From the NCBI RefSeq assembly GCF_001194135.2, contig NC_068983.1, forward strand, positions 31,954,642-32,018,641: a DNA stretch of 64,000 bases. The letters are read 5' to 3'. The position numbers were made by a program, and so were the translations under genes. Shown piece by piece: positions 23,897 to 37,691 of this stretch. The first letter of the stretch is position 1, and the number at the start of each line of letters is the position of its first letter. The notes below the pieces were generated by a model. It searched no databases. It was not told the origin of the DNA and saw only the letters and a list, made by a program, of their open reading frames with translations. The DNA is from Octopus bimaculoides (Eukaryota).

Positions 23897-25231
23897 NNNN
23901 NNNNNNNNNNNNNNNNNNNNNNNNNNNNNNNNNNNNNNNNNNNNNNNNNNNNNNNNNNNNNNNNNNNNNNNNNNNNNNNNNNNNNNNNNNNNNNNNNNNN
24001 NNNNNNNNNNNNNNNNNNNNNNNNNNNNNNNNNNNNNNNNNNNNNNNNNNNNNNNNNNNNNNNNNNNNNNNNNNNNNNNNNNNNNNNNNNNNNNNNNNNN
24101 NNNNNNNNNNNNNNNNNNNNNNNNNNNNNNNNNNNNNNNNNNNNNNNNNNNNNNNNNNNNNNNNNNNNNNNNNNNNNNNNNNNNNNNNNNNNNNNNNNNN
24201 NNNNNNNNNNNNNNNNNNNNNNNNNNNNNNNNNNNNNNNNNNNNNNNNNNNNNNNNNNNNNNNNNNNNNNNNNNNNNNNNNNNNNNNNNNNNNNNNNNNN
24301 NNNNNNNNNNNNNNNNNNNNNNNNNNNNNNNNNNNNNNNNNNNNNNNNNNNNNNNNNNNNNNNNNNNNNNNNNNNNNNNNNNNNNNNNNNNNNNNNNNNN
24401 NNNNNNNNNNNNNNNNNNNNNNNNNNNNNNNNNNNNNNNNNNNNNNNNNNNNNNNNNNNNNNNNNNNNNNNNNNNNNNGCTTACGTATGTCCTCAGCAGT
24501 TACAGCTCATGTTTCACTGCCATGTAGCATGGCTGTTCGTACGCATGCGTCATACAGTCTGCCTTTTACTCTGAGTGAGAGTCCCTTTGTCGCCAGCAGG
24601 GGTAAGAGCTCTCTAAACTTTGCCCAGGCTATTCTTATTCTAGCAGCTACACTTTCAGCGCACCCACCCCCACTAGTAACTTGGTTGCCCAGATAGCGGA
24701 AGCTATCGACTACCTCTAGTTTTTCACCCTGGAATGAGATAGAAGTTGTTTCCTAAATGCGAAAACTAATATCTGTGTGTCAGTGTGTCACACTTCGGCT
24801 CCCTCTCTCACTATTCATTGACACTCCTACTATTACACATGCTGGGGTGAGAGAGAGAGTGAGAAAGAAAAAGAGAGACAATGAAATTTAGGGAGAGTTG
24901 TTGATGTTTCTATTAAAAGTAGTAGTGTTGATGGTAGCAATGGGAGTAGTTATAAGAGAGAGAAAAAGAGTGGGTATGTGAGAGAAAGAGGGACTGAACA
25001 CTGAACTAACATACTGAACACAATTCTTTTACACACACTTTTAGCCTTTTTATGATGGTAATGGGGTGATAGTAATAGTATGAGCTGTAGTTGTGATAGA
25101 GGCGGAGGTAGCAGTGATGATGGTGGTGGTTGTTGTAGCCAAGGTGGTCAAGAATGATGCTGAGAGTAAGTGATGTGAAAGACAATGGTGATTGTGGTGG
25201 AGGGGAATGTGGCGAAGTTAAAAGTATTGAT

Positions 25232-25303
25232 GGTGGTGGCATCAGAAATCTGAATGGTGGTGGCATCAGAAATCTGAATGGTGGTGTCATCAGAAATCTG
25301 AAT
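25232..25303. repeat. 24-bp minisatellite x3
   Basis: GGTGGTGGCATCAGAAATCTGAAT three times, one substitution. Confidence 0.9.
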
Positions 25304-26262
25304 GGTGTGTCTATGGTAGATGTGGTAGCGATGGTGGTGGTACTGTTATTTATCATGCAGCTTTGCAATAAATTCCAAGTCGACAAATTATATCATTATT
25401 TTGATAAAATTCATTCATTGCTTGAAAAATATTGTTCAAGTTTAATAAAATTTAATATGTACTCAATGCATGAAGTGTCATTGTTGGGCCCAAGGCCTAA
25501 TGAAGAGTCCTCCACAGGGGCTAGCTTGGGTGGCATTTAAGCTAGTTTCTAATATACCACAAAATATCTTCATTGAATTTTAATTCCAGATCTATGAGAT
25601 TGAAGATTTTATCTACTTAGATTAAAGTATTATTTGTTTGTATTTTTCATATATGCTATTGACTACTTATCTACTGTGATATGTTTTTGCATTATGTTTT
25701 GTGTTGCTTATTCTTCTATCATCTTTAGGTTCTTTATTTCGGAATAGTCATGTTTATGATTGTAATATGTGGTGCTACAGAAGACTCAACCACCACCATC
25801 AGCAAAACAAGGGTTGTGCTTAGAGTCAGGGATATTTTTACCCTGTCAAACCTTCACTTGCTGTCCATACCACTTTGATACCACTCATCTGCCTATTTCT
25901 TCTCTATTCTTCTCTACTCTTCCATCTCTCATCTCTCTACCACCTGAGTTGTCTACATCATTCTCACGCCTCTGACTTCCTCATCTTTCTTTAGGCCTCT
26001 GTATAAGAAACTGAATTGCACCATCCTCATCTCTCTACCACACTCTCCCATCCCAAGGTCATATATGAGAGACCACATAGAACCATCCAGCACAATAACC
26101 TCACAGCCATCATACTTGATAATCTTCTGATTGCCTCTTAATTTACTATGTTCATCATTATGTTAGGAAATCTTTATCTACTTGCTATATTGGTTCTACA
26201 CTCTAATATCAAAATTTACATTGAAGCTACTCTTTCTCATTGAAAATTCACTATATTTCCAG

Positions 26263-26451
26263 ATTTCTTTAGAAAAAGTACAAGAGCGTTGGTGGGAAGC
26301 TGTGTTTGTTAATGAGCCCAAGATCAATGTACGAGAAATTGACTGTTCACGCCCAATGTCAGATTTAAAAGAAGACGAACAGATGAAACTACATGAATTG
26401 ATGCACAACGAGCGACAGAAACGCCTGGGATTGCCACAGTCTCACGAAGAG
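26263..26451 (+). CDS. NUDCD3: NUDCD3 coding exon 7
   Basis: TTCCAG acceptor, ISLEKVQERWWEAVF...QKRLGLPQSHEE, GTAAAT donor. Confidence 0.95.
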
Positions 26452-28036
26452 GTAAATCCTTTTGGCATAGTTACTTGACTTCTCAGGGTTAGTGATACTT
26501 GTCAATGGGTGATCCTTTATTCCCATAAGACACTTAGAAAATTTTAAAAATTTTTTTAGTATATTAGACTAAATTCACTCACAATTACTGCATCATCATG
26601 AGAAAGATATATTATGGAAATGATGTTGATCTCTTTGAATTAACCCTTTTTCCTTTCCCATTCTCAATTTTTATTGATTTTGCTGTTGCGTTTTACAGAA
26701 ACCTTTTTATATTTCAAATATTTTAACATGGAATATTGCTTTANNNNNNNNNNNNNNNNNNNNNNNNNNNNNNNNNNNNNNNNNNNNNNNNNNNNNNNNN
26801 NNNNNNNNNNNNNNNNNNNNNNNNNNNNNNNNNNNNNNNNNNNNNNNNNNNNNNNNNNNNNNNNNNNNNNNNNNNNNNNCATCATCATCATTGTTTAACG
26901 TCCGCTTTCCGTGCTAGCACGGGTTGGACGATTTGACTGAGGACTGGTGAACCAGATGGCTGCACCAGGCTCCAATCTGATTTGGCAGAGTTTCTACAAC
27001 TGGATGCCCTTCCTAACGCCAACCACTCCGAGAGTGTAGTGGGTGCTTTTACGTGCTACCGGCACAAAGGCCAGTCATGCGGTACTGGCAACAGCCACGC
27101 TCAAAATGGTGTATTTTACGTGCCACCTGCACAGGAGCCAGTCTAGTGGCACTGGCAACAATCTCACTCGAATGTCTTTACACGTGCCACCGGCACAAGT
27201 GCCAGGAAGGCAACGCTGGGCACAGCTGCCATCACGATATAAATAAAATGTGTGTGTCTTTTTATATATTTTGGTGTTAGGAAGGGCATCCAGCCATAGA
27301 AATCAGACTGGAACCTGGTGCAGCCCTCTGGTTTACCAGTTCCAATCAAACCATCTAACCCATGCCAGCATGGAAAGCAGCTGTTAAATAATGATGATAT
27401 ATATTTATTTACATATAAATGATCAGAAGATGAGAATGGCTGTTAAAGGAAAACTCCTGAAGAGAAAGTTTTCAAATTGCAACAAATGACGTTAATTTAT
27501 TTAACCTGAGAGGAAAGCATTGAGAACTTCAGTAATGTAGGAGAGAGCTGAAGGTTGAAATGACTCTGTTATGTATATACAACAGGAATTTTTAAGTGGA
27601 TGTATGTCAGAGTGACAATTATATTAGTTTCAACACATGAATGGACAATATAAGCAGTATGAAGAGCTGCTAGTGGAATGCCTCTTGCAAAGCAGCAAGC
27701 CAAGGAAAAGTTGGAAATCAGTCATGGCTGACTAGAAAATAAGGCTTTACAAGATTTAAATATCTGGAAGGCTGCTGTCTAGCATTTCAGCAAGGAAAAG
27801 ATTTACATAAACCTGAAATTATCATAGCATATTCAATACTACTATATCCATTCATTATATGACACTCAGATAAAATTTGAATAAGATTTGACTGCTATTT
27901 CCAACAGGTCAAGCGACTGCTTTGTGACTCCTTCATTTGTTCATTTGTGACAGTGATGATGATGATTACCATTTTGTTTTCTTCATTTTCTTTTAGCTTG
28001 CATTTTATTTACTTTTTTCAAATTTCTTTATTACAG

Positions 28037-28156
28037 AAAGCACACGATATGCTGAAACAAGCGTGGCATGCTGAAGGGTCACCTTTCAAAGGTCAGGAAT
28101 TTGACCCAAGTAAATTTAAGATAGACCCCAGTGGTGTTTTGACAATGAATCAATGA
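28037..28156 (+). CDS. NUDCD3: NUDCD3 coding exon 8 (terminal)
   Basis: TTACAG acceptor, KAHDMLKQAWHAEGSPFKGQEFDPSKFKIDPSGVLTMNQ*. The joined CDS is 1038 nt (345 aa), in frame throughout. Confidence 0.95.
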   Translation, partial: KAHDMLKQAWHAEGSPFKGQEFDPSKFKIDPSGVLTMNQ

Positions 28157-28197
28157 TAGTAATATATATTCATTGTTGTGAATTGATGATCTGTATA

Positions 28198-28203
28198 AAT
28201 AAA
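28198..28203 (+). promoter_or_regulatory. Probable polyadenylation signal of NUDCD3
   Basis: AATAAA about 40 nt after the TGA stop. Confidence 0.55.
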
Positions 28204-30769
28204 ACATTAATATCTCAACACCTGTTGGTTATGTATTCATTATTCTCTTCTTGAAGCGACAGCAGGCTTTATTAATATACTTTAATCAAAGGTCTAACAG
28301 ATTATTTATTTTTAGGTAATTGATTAATTTGTTAGCAGTGTTTATGTGTGGATTGATATATACATATCCACATTCATGGATGCATGTATGGTCAAGTGGT
28401 TGAAACTGTAGACACCTGTTGGATGAGCTATACCTGTAATTAAAAGGACTGTTAGTGGACTAATCAATTACATACACTATAATTCAGTGAGTAAGTTCAA
28501 TGGTTGAGCTGCTGGAATATTCATCAAAACTGGTGGAGATTCATTTAGTTTTATTTTGTGTATTCACAATTATTACCTCTACAATGCTGATTGTATTTAA
28601 ATTGTTCTGTATGTCTATAGGCCTCTGGCTACATTTGCCCTCTCACTCACTCACTCTGATGATGGGAAGGTAGTAAAATTGTGATTTACAGAAAACATCG
28701 TCAATAGATTTTTTTTTTTTAAGAAACTAAGTATATTAACACTCCAGTATGAAAATTGGTGTATGGATAACATTGCCATCCAGTCTTTTGCAGATGTATG
28801 GTGCAATTTTCCAAATAGATATTGCAAACATATATGCTTACAACAACTTGTTTTAATGCTTCCTCAAAATATTAGGCACATTAGCTTGGTAAGTGGATGA
28901 TATTGCACTATTCCCACCATCTTCTAACACACCTGCAGAACTACTCCAAATCTACATTAATTTGCAAGAAACCTGACACCAGACAACAAACTTGAAGTGC
29001 CACCTATTAAATCTACCATTTTCTCTCGTACAAGTGACACTAGATACAATCAAGCATTACAGATAAAATTATAACTATACCAAACACACACATACATAAA
29101 ATACAATCATATTAGAAGCTACATATAACATCCCAACATCCACAACACACATAAAGAACATCTATGATATAATGGAGAAAGTGCTTATTAATTAATTGAA
29201 ATTATGTAACTTTTACTAAAAGAAAGCAATCATTAAAGTCTCCATTGTCTCTCAAATACTTGAAAATTCCAATTTTAATATATTTTTTTTTTATCAAAAT
29301 GTAGTTTCCAAGTTTCTTTTCATCTAAATGATTAGTTTTAATTCAATGTAAAATAGTGCTTTTTAAAATCTTATACTGTGAGATAGCTTTTTTTTAATAT
29401 CATAGTCTTTTTCTCCCTTTCCACTTCTTCCCTGTTTATATATTTCCAATAGTCAATTCCTTTGCTGAAACCACTACTGTTCATGCTGCTGTAGTTTATA
29501 TGATGAACAGGATTAAAAAAAAATATTTCCCATCTGTGAACATCTGCAGTTGTGTGTTTATATAGGTTAATACTGAAATGAACAAATAAATATGGTGGCA
29601 GCAAAGAAATGAGTTATACAGTTACACGTTTGAACCAACACTAAGTTTTTTTAATATTATTTTTTTTCCAGTACATTCCCCCTACATTTTTATGATGCCT
29701 TTTGATACCAGAGATACTGAGTCTGCAATTTTTAACAATAAAAACAATTTTTTAAAAATGTGTTTCATTTGTATTTGAAGTATATAAATATATTTTTTGT
29801 TTCCATTAAGAAACATTTGTTTGTTTTACTTTCTGATTATTTAAAAGTGTTATTTTTTAGTTCAAATTTATTAAAGACTAGCAGAGGAATGAAATTGTTG
29901 CTTATACACTGGAAGGAAAAAAGCAAAATATGCTGCATAGAAATCTGAGGACATTCTGTAGATGGATTTTCAGATGAATGATGACTGGGCACCTCTCATG
30001 AATTGGAAAATTGAAGATGCGCCAAAANNNNNNNNNNACATATTTACAAAGACACGTGTGTGTGAGAGAGAGACACAGACAGACAGACAGAGAGAGAGAG
30101 AGAGACAGATCCAGTGAAGGGGTGTCGACAATTATACGTACATACATAAATAGTCATACATTTCTTGTACCTGTGTGAGAGAGAGAGAGTCACTGAAACA
30201 TCTCTCTGTCTGTCTCTCTCTCTCTCTCTCACACACACACGTGCAGATATACACACAGAAAAGATGTATGCATATGTATTTATGTATGTACGTAGACATC
30301 ACAACACACCCCTTTACTCACACACATACATAAACACACATGTGCATGTGTGACTCACTACGAATACATAGAGCTGAATACGGCATGCCAAAAAAAAAAA
30401 AGTAATAAAAAATTTATTTACGGAAATTAACGAAGTGTGCGAGTTCGGAACGAAATCAAACCTGGAGTGTGTGAATGAGAGAGAGAGAACATTGCAAAGA
30501 ATGAATNNNNNNNNNNNNNNNNNNNNNNNNNNNNNNNNNNNNNNNNNNNNNNNNNNNNNNNNNNNNNNNNNNNNNNNNNNNNNNNNNNNNNNNNNNNNNN
30601 NNNNNNNNNNNNNNNNNNNNNNNNNNNNNNNNNNNNNNNNNNNNNNNNNNNNNNNNNNNNNNNNNNNNNNNNNNNNNNNNNNNNNNNNNNNNNNNNNNNN
30701 NNNNNNNNNNNNNNNNNNNNNNNNNNNNNNNNNNNNNNNNNNNNNNNNNNNNNNNNNNNNNNNNNNNNN

Positions 30770-31117
30770 NNNTGTATGGAATATTTAAATTTATGAACTT
30801 TGTAAATATGTGTTTCAGTAATTGATCGTAGTTGTTTACAGAAAGCGAACATTAAAAGTAGAGAGTGAGAGACGTCGCCGTTTTTTCACGTCCGTACTGG
30901 AAGTTGACATTGAGAAACCTTTTTAAAGAAGTGAATCTTAAATATAAAGCAATATTATTTATTTTTAATTAGAGATAAAAAAAAAATCAAATGAAGAGCC
31001 TACGATTTATCCGAGGTCAAATTATTCATGTATGACAAGTATGGAAGTAAATGGTGAAGCCGTTTTCACGTGATAAGCAATTACACACACACATCTCTGT
31101 TTTATATATAGTATAGA
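30770..31117 (-). mobile_element. Possible non-autonomous Helitron 5' portion
   Basis: A|TCTATACTATATATAAAACAGAGATGTGTGTG start resembles the Helitron 5' end at 59718; 3' end not found (gaps). Confidence 0.4.
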
Positions 31118-33504
31118 TAAAATGTAATTACAAATACAGTTATAGATTTCAAATGCAACTGAAATACATATCATACAAAACAAAATATATCAATACACTT
31201 TAAATGTGATTGAAATATATGTATATAGAAAACAGAATAGTCCACACTGTAAAGTGGTTGGTGTTCAGAAAGGTATCCAGCTGTAAAAACCTTGCCTGTG
31301 CTTGTGCCACATAAAAAGCACTAAGTCCACTCTGCTGAGTGGTTGGTGCTAGGAAGGGTATCCAGCTGTAAAAATCCTGCCAAAGAAGTCACAGAAGTCT
31401 GGTGCAGGCTTCTGCCTGGCTGACTCTTCCATGCTAGCATGGAAGGCGGACATTAAATGATGATGATGATGATGAATTGTTATACAAAAAATATATCTGT
31501 CCAACTCATGCATGCATAGAACATAAGCATTAAGTGATGATGATGAGGATATTTTGAATGCAATTTTTTCAATTTCAACCAAGTGGCTGCTCCAAGCTCT
31601 TTCTCTATAATTTACACATGTGTATCTAGCACATACACACAAGCAGAAAACACATTTTATTTGCCAACAAGGCAATGAACACTTTGGGGAATGATTTGAA
31701 GGGGTAATCTGAAGCCGTAGAGGGTAGGATTAAATCAATTTCAAGTTACAGAGAGGGCAGTCTTTTTGTTAGTAGTAAAGAATGTAAAGCAACACTTATA
31801 CTTTTAGCACTCACAGGTACTGCAAGTTACATGAAGGGTAGATTGCATTACTTATATATAGATGATAGCATAGTTGATTGAAACAATAGGGCATGAGCAT
31901 GTCAAGACGTTAATGTTTTATATCCAGTCACCATATTTACATTATATGTAATGACAAGACACTTGACTTTCAATGTCCACCTGGCTGTAAATAAGTAATG
32001 AAGAGTAAGAACAACACACTGCTGTAACAAGGAGAAGCAATTATATAATAGAAAATATTTTGTTAACTTGAATGGTTTGTGTTTAACTCTTTCCATAGAC
32101 TCTAGAGAAAACAATAAAGAAGAAAAGCAAAACTATTAGTCATCCTGAAATCAGAGTTGGCACGTCTTGTCATTGTTTTTGAACTTTGGATTTGACAACA
32201 GGCTGCATAAGATAATTATTGTATAACAAGCTAAATCTTAGAGATGTCTCAAGTGTGTTTGCCAAGAGATAGATCTACAGCTATGTATTTACTTAACAAC
32301 ACATGTCTGAACAAAGAGCTGTCATTTTCCATTTATCATATGCAGACAACAGAATATACATTTACAGTTGAAGCCTATATAGATAATATAAAAAATCAAA
32401 GCTTGCAAAAATGTTTCAACCACAGTCACAAATGCATTAATGGTAACATATGTACTTATTCACACAGCTATTTATTATATCAAATCTGAATTGTGAAGAT
32501 AGCTATTCTAATAATAACAATTAGCTTCTAATTCTTTTTCTGTTGAAAGGTAATTTTCATGGGACAGATGTCAACCATAGCCAGGTTTGAACCCAAAATA
32601 TTGAGATGAAACTAAATAGTGAAAAGCATTTAGTCTGGTGCTTAATTATTTCCTTTATTCCACTGTCTTCAATCATATGAGTAATAATTTCTTACATTAA
32701 CACACAAAGTTTTAAATCTCAGTATTTGACTAATACTTGTTTTATCAACCACCAGAAAAATAAAAGGCAACCTCTGTGTTTTTCTCAGTACAATAAATTA
32801 AACCAGTCTATAATACAATATTTCTCCATGCATTTTGATCCAGTGACATCATTTCTAGATCTGACATAATAAATTCTTCTTCTGCAGCTAGTCTCTATCA
32901 TCAACTTAAAATACCTTTTTTTACATCTGGATTGATCATAATTTTATATTTTCATAACCATCATTCCAGCACAAAGTTTTTAATATTAACCAATCTTTAA
33001 AAGTGGTAGAGTAAATTTGAAGAGATAAAATGATTAGATTTTGAAAATCTTTAATGGAAAATCAACATTAATAGACTAAAACTGAAAGAAGCCCAAAATA
33101 TGTATCAATGTGTGTTTGTGTGTGTGTGTGTCCCTTTGTATTGACATTGTGTGATTGTTGTAAATGAACATCATTCATTTTCAATATTCTTAGAGAACAT
33201 GTCTGGCCATGGGGAAATATTACTTTGCTTGGAAACAGGTAATAGTTGGCAACAGGAAGAGCATCTGGTTGCAGAAAATCTACTTCAATAAACTCCATCT
33301 GACCCATGCGAGCATGGAGAAGTAGATGTTTAAATGATGATGATAAAATATATAGTCAATTTGCAGCTATCAATTTGGATGAACCAAAGGAATACATCAA
33401 CCAGCTGATATTTACATAAATTAGAAAATAATGAATATAATCCAGGAAAAATTTAGGTAAATTTACATTTGATGTTCATAGAAATATGATACTGAGTTTG
33501 GAAC

Positions 33505-34230
33505 TTATAAAGAATTTTTTTCATCTTTATTTTGATAGTAACCAGTTTTGGTAGAAGCAGTTATTATAAATGGTTCATAAAATGAACTAACAAACTCCTT
33601 TGGGAATTCCATTGGATTCAAAATGGAACAGAGTTCCAAGAAACGATGATCCGTAAGTAATTTTTCTTGCTTAAGGAAATCTTTACGAAGCCTATTTTTT
33701 AAAAAATGATGTTTTCTTTCTTGGCCTGCATTGGCATTTCTAATGAAATTATATTTTAAACTGGGTAATTCTTTCCTTCTGTTTTGTAGAGGGAAAATTG
33801 GTGAATACTCATCACATTTCAAATCATTTTCTATTCTTTGGAAGCTTTTCAAGCTAACATGTGAATTAGGAACATATTTATTTGTGAAATTTGAGTCCTT
33901 GTTCAACAAGCTAATTTTCTGTATATTTTGTTCATCTTTTTCTTTCCATTTAAGGAATTTGTTTTCTTGATGCCTTAGAAAGTGTGTATGAACATTTTTT
34001 CTGGTGTTAAATTGCTGCTTCTGAAGAGTTTCTAAGAAGTGCAAATGTTTTCTGAACTTCCCCTCATTATTTGGGTTTTTAAACAAAATGACTTGTTTCA
34101 AATTTGTTTTAGGAAGGAAATGTCTTGCACAAAACAACTGCTGGATTCTCATGTCTGTTTTACATATATCAAAAAAATATTTTCCCCCATTTTGTTCTTC
34201 AGAATTTGCCATTCTTTCTGTATATGATAT
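33505..34230 (-). CDS. Uncharacterised protein, long terminal or single coding exon
   Basis: 242 stop-free codons in very AT-rich DNA; pyrimidine tract+CAG acceptor at 34231-34233; in-frame ATG at 34212 in good Kozak context (agaATGG) would give 235 aa. Confidence 0.6.
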   Translation of the reverse strand: MSYTERMANSEEQNGGKYFFDICKTDMRIQQLFCARHFLPKTNLKQVILFKNPNNEGKFRKHLHFLETLQKQQFNTRKNVHTHFLRHQENKFLKWKEKDEQNIQKISLLNKDSNFTNKYVPNSHVSLKSFQRIENDLKCDEYSPIFPLQNRRKELPSLKYNFIRNANAGQERKHHFLKNRLRKDFLKQEKLLTDHRFLELCSILNPMEFPKEFVSSFYEPFIITASTKTGYYQNKDEKNSL

Positions 34231-34447
34231 CTGAATCAAAGAATAGAGGAATTATTTTGAAATGCTGCTTATAATTTCTAAGGCTTAAATTAATTATTTG
34301 ATTTCATTCCATCAACTAATACAAAAATCAGTTATTATCACAATCAAATAATCAATCAATATTCATTTATCTCCTGGAAATATGATTAACATAGTCAAAA
34401 TGCATCCACAGATGTTTGCCTTTATAATATAGATTACAAGAATAATC

Positions 34448-34696
34448 TGTTAATTTTACAAAAATAAAGCTAAAAAGATTTAAAACTGATCAGTTAATAT
34501 AAACTCACCAAGCTTCCAAATTTTTCTTTAAACTCAGAATGTGTATTTTGAATCCTAGAGAAACAATATTGTTAATTTTACAAAAATAAAGCTAAAAAAG
34601 ATTTAAAACTGATTAGTTAATATAAACTCACCAAGCTTCCTTCCAAATTTTTCTTTGAACTCAGAATATGTATTTTGAATCCTAGAGAAATAATAT
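34448..34696. repeat. Tandem duplication of an approximately 122-bp unit
   Basis: Units 34448-34569 and 34570-34696, a few differences. Confidence 0.9.
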
Positions 34697-35619
34697 TGTT
34701 GTTTTAACCAGGCTGAGCCAAATAGATAGGAAATACTTTTCAAGGATAAGAAATACTTTTTCCTTTTTTTGAATTAAAAATTTTTTTCTGTATCTCTTTA
34801 TCTTCAACAATTCAGTTTGACAAAACTATTTCTTTTCTATTATCTCTTTTCTGTTTTCACAATGCAGTTTGTTACAAGAAAGGGAAAATTCAGATTAAAG
34901 TGAAATATTCAAGCAACGAACATTGATATGCTACCACAAACAGGTGGATTTAGTAGTTCTGTTAGCATTTTATTAAATTAATTACTTTGGAAAAAATTTA
35001 GAACTAATACATAGGCTATAGATCAAGATCATGTGCTATCTTGTTTTGAAAAATAAAAAAGTAAAAAATGAAAGCAGTTAGCTGTTGTTAAAAATCAGGC
35101 CTTTGCTACACAGAGTTTAATATTTAATGAGCAGGTCAGCATTGTGAAAGTATTTTGTTGATAAATAGATCCTAATTCTTCAAACTATGAAATAGCTTAT
35201 GCATTTCAATTACACCTTTTTTTCCCCTTTAATAATTAGAATTGCATCTAGTATATAAGGGCTGGCTGAAATGTTCATAGGCTGACCATGATATACTCAT
35301 GGAATGCAACTAAATGGGGTTTATTTTTCAACATAATTCCCCTTGTGGTTCACACACTTCTTTCATCTGTGTCACAGTGCTTGGATTCCATTGGTGAGGA
35401 AGCTTTCATCCTATTGGTCAAAGCCATCAACAGCAGACATGACATCATCATCACTGCGATACTAGTTCCCAGCCAAGTATCATGTTGGAGAACATGATAG
35501 TCAGATGGGACCAAACATATGTTAACTACTGACAGGATCTTGTGTACTCATTGAAGACAGGCAAGGCATTTTATTTGGTGGAGTATTCTGGAGCTGTGAA
35601 GTATACCTCCCTGATTGGT

Positions 35620-36560
35620 TAGGTTGATGGTGACCTTATATGCTGGAACAGAGAGTACAGTTCAGATTTAGGGCTCAACATTTGACTCTTTCCCAGTTAG
35701 ATCTGGAGTCTGTCAGGGTTATGTTTTAGCTCCCGCTCTGTTTAGTGCCAGCATGGACTGGATACTTGGCCGGATAGTGGCTCAATTGAGTTGTAGAGTG
35801 CTCATTACAGATCTGGATTTTGCTGATGATGCGGTTATTCTTGCTGAGTCTTTGGATGTCTTAAGGAGTGCTCTCCCTCCACTAAGTGAGGAAGCAGAAC
35901 CACTTGGCTTCAGAGTTTCTTGGTTCAAAACAAAGATCTGTCTTTTGTTGGCTTCCCAGGGGACTCCATCTCACTTGACTCTGTTGTAGGTGAGAATGTT
36001 GACTGCTTCACTTACCTTAGCAGCATTAACTGTGAGTCTGAAGTCTTAAAAAGACTCGAGTGTGCTGGTGCAATTGTGGACTCACTGGACAAAGGTGTTT
36101 GGCACTGTTGATATCTGACCAGGATAAAGATTTGGGTCTTCAAGTCTATGGTCCTTCTTATTTTGCTCAACAGTTTCGAGACTTGGACACTATGCATTGC
36201 CTTTTGGGTTCACCTGAATGGCTTTGATATCAGGAAAGTTTACAGAATTATGGGCTACCATTGGTCAGATTTCATATCCAACCAATGACTATACTCAGAA
36301 ACTGAAATACATCCTGTTACTTGTATGATTTGGGAGTGTCAACTTAAACTGCTTGGTCTTGTTGCTTGATTTCCCAAGCTGGATCCTGCATACCATGTTC
36401 ACTTCTCTGATGATCTAGCTGGGGCACCAGCTCATGTTGGTTGGCCACATCCTTCATGGTCACAGAGTATGAAGAAGTATATAATGGAGATGGGAACTGA
36501 CTTAGAGGATTGCTCAGGATGGCCCAAGCAGATACTGAATAATGGCAGATGCAGCAACAT
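35620..36560 (+). mobile_element. RTE-like LINE RT fragment
   Basis: LAPALFS..MDWILGR...ITDLDFADDAVILAES...LG..VSW.KTKI; frameshifted. Confidence 0.8.
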
Positions 36561-36619
36561 GTTGCAACCATCTTCTCTACCTACATTTCCTAGGAAGGTC
36601 TGGGGGTAGACTCCTCAAG

Positions 36620-37330
36620 TACCTCCTCTGTAGGGTTCTGTCAGAAGCAACCGTTATTAGACTTTCTGATTGGATCCTAAGAATGACTGAGTCTAAGGAT
36701 ATTACCCAATCATCTCATTCATGGTCACTTGCTGATTGGCTCAGATTGAAGAATCCATCTTGCAAATCTCTCCTTCGACATTCTAATCACTTCTGTAGTA
36801 CTGCAGCTGTGACCTCTCAATGTAAAGTAGTGGATCGACCTAGAGAGACTCCCTGATCTCTGAGCCATGCACCCTGTCAAGTAATGTTACTCCTGAGATC
36901 CTCTGAAAGAACCCCATTTCAGCCACTTGTATTTTCAATAGTACTCTTTTGGTCATTATCCAACATTTATGACCACATGTAAGGATAGGCTTGAAAACCA
37001 ACTTTTCCTCTTCTGAAGGTTGAATGCTGGAGTGGTGCATTACTACATCAGTACCTAGCATTCAATTCAGCCTCCTATCTTCTGTCACTCATGAATACGG
37101 TTCTGAGACACTTAAACGTCTTCACTTATCTCAGTGATGTTTCACTAACATGCAGAGTGCACTGGGAAGACTTTCTTGAAAGGACCAATGTTTCAGTCTT
37201 CACATCAATAATTCTTACTCCTGCCTTGGAGCACTCAGCAGTACACCCAATCAGTGTATGCTGGAGATCTCTTAATGAGGTAGCACCAAGTCATCATAAA
37301 AATTTCGGCCTATCCTTCACCCACACATTG
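36620..37330 (-). mobile_element. RTE-like LINE 3' fragment
   Basis: VFKPILT.GH.CWIMTKR...IQVAEMGF.QRISGVTLLDRV..SEIRESL. Confidence 0.75.
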
Positions 37331-37691
37331 AGATACTGTTTTCACAGAGGTTGTGCATGTCAATTTTCAAAAAAAATACGTAAAGGAGAGGTGATAATTC
37401 ACACCTTTGCCAGTCTGACACTCACATTGAAAGGTTTTAACTTAACATCATTTACCTGAACACAAATATATATAGGGACTGTATGGCAATCAGAAGATGC
37501 TCAATAATCCCAAACTCCAGCAAAACCCTCTGTAGCATGTCCTGCAGCACCAATCATATCTTTTTTGAGATCCACAAAGCAAACACACACCTCTTGGTAA
37601 TATTCCCACTTTAACATATTTAATGCAAGAAATATATGGTGAAGGGCAAAACAATACTAATTAATAAATGATACTATTTTCAATTTTTCAG

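Noticed and set aside
23755-24696. Long ORFs spanning N runs (also 26664-26936, 30427-30852, 47266-47876, 58420-59435)
   Set aside because: Their length comes from unknown bases; the flanks are SINE, RTE, Gypsy or Helitron sequence.
25006-25540. GGGIRNLN / PPFRFLM repeat ORFs
   Set aside because: A 24-bp minisatellite in low-complexity intronic DNA with no splice support; three short direct repeats without spacers, so not a CRISPR array.
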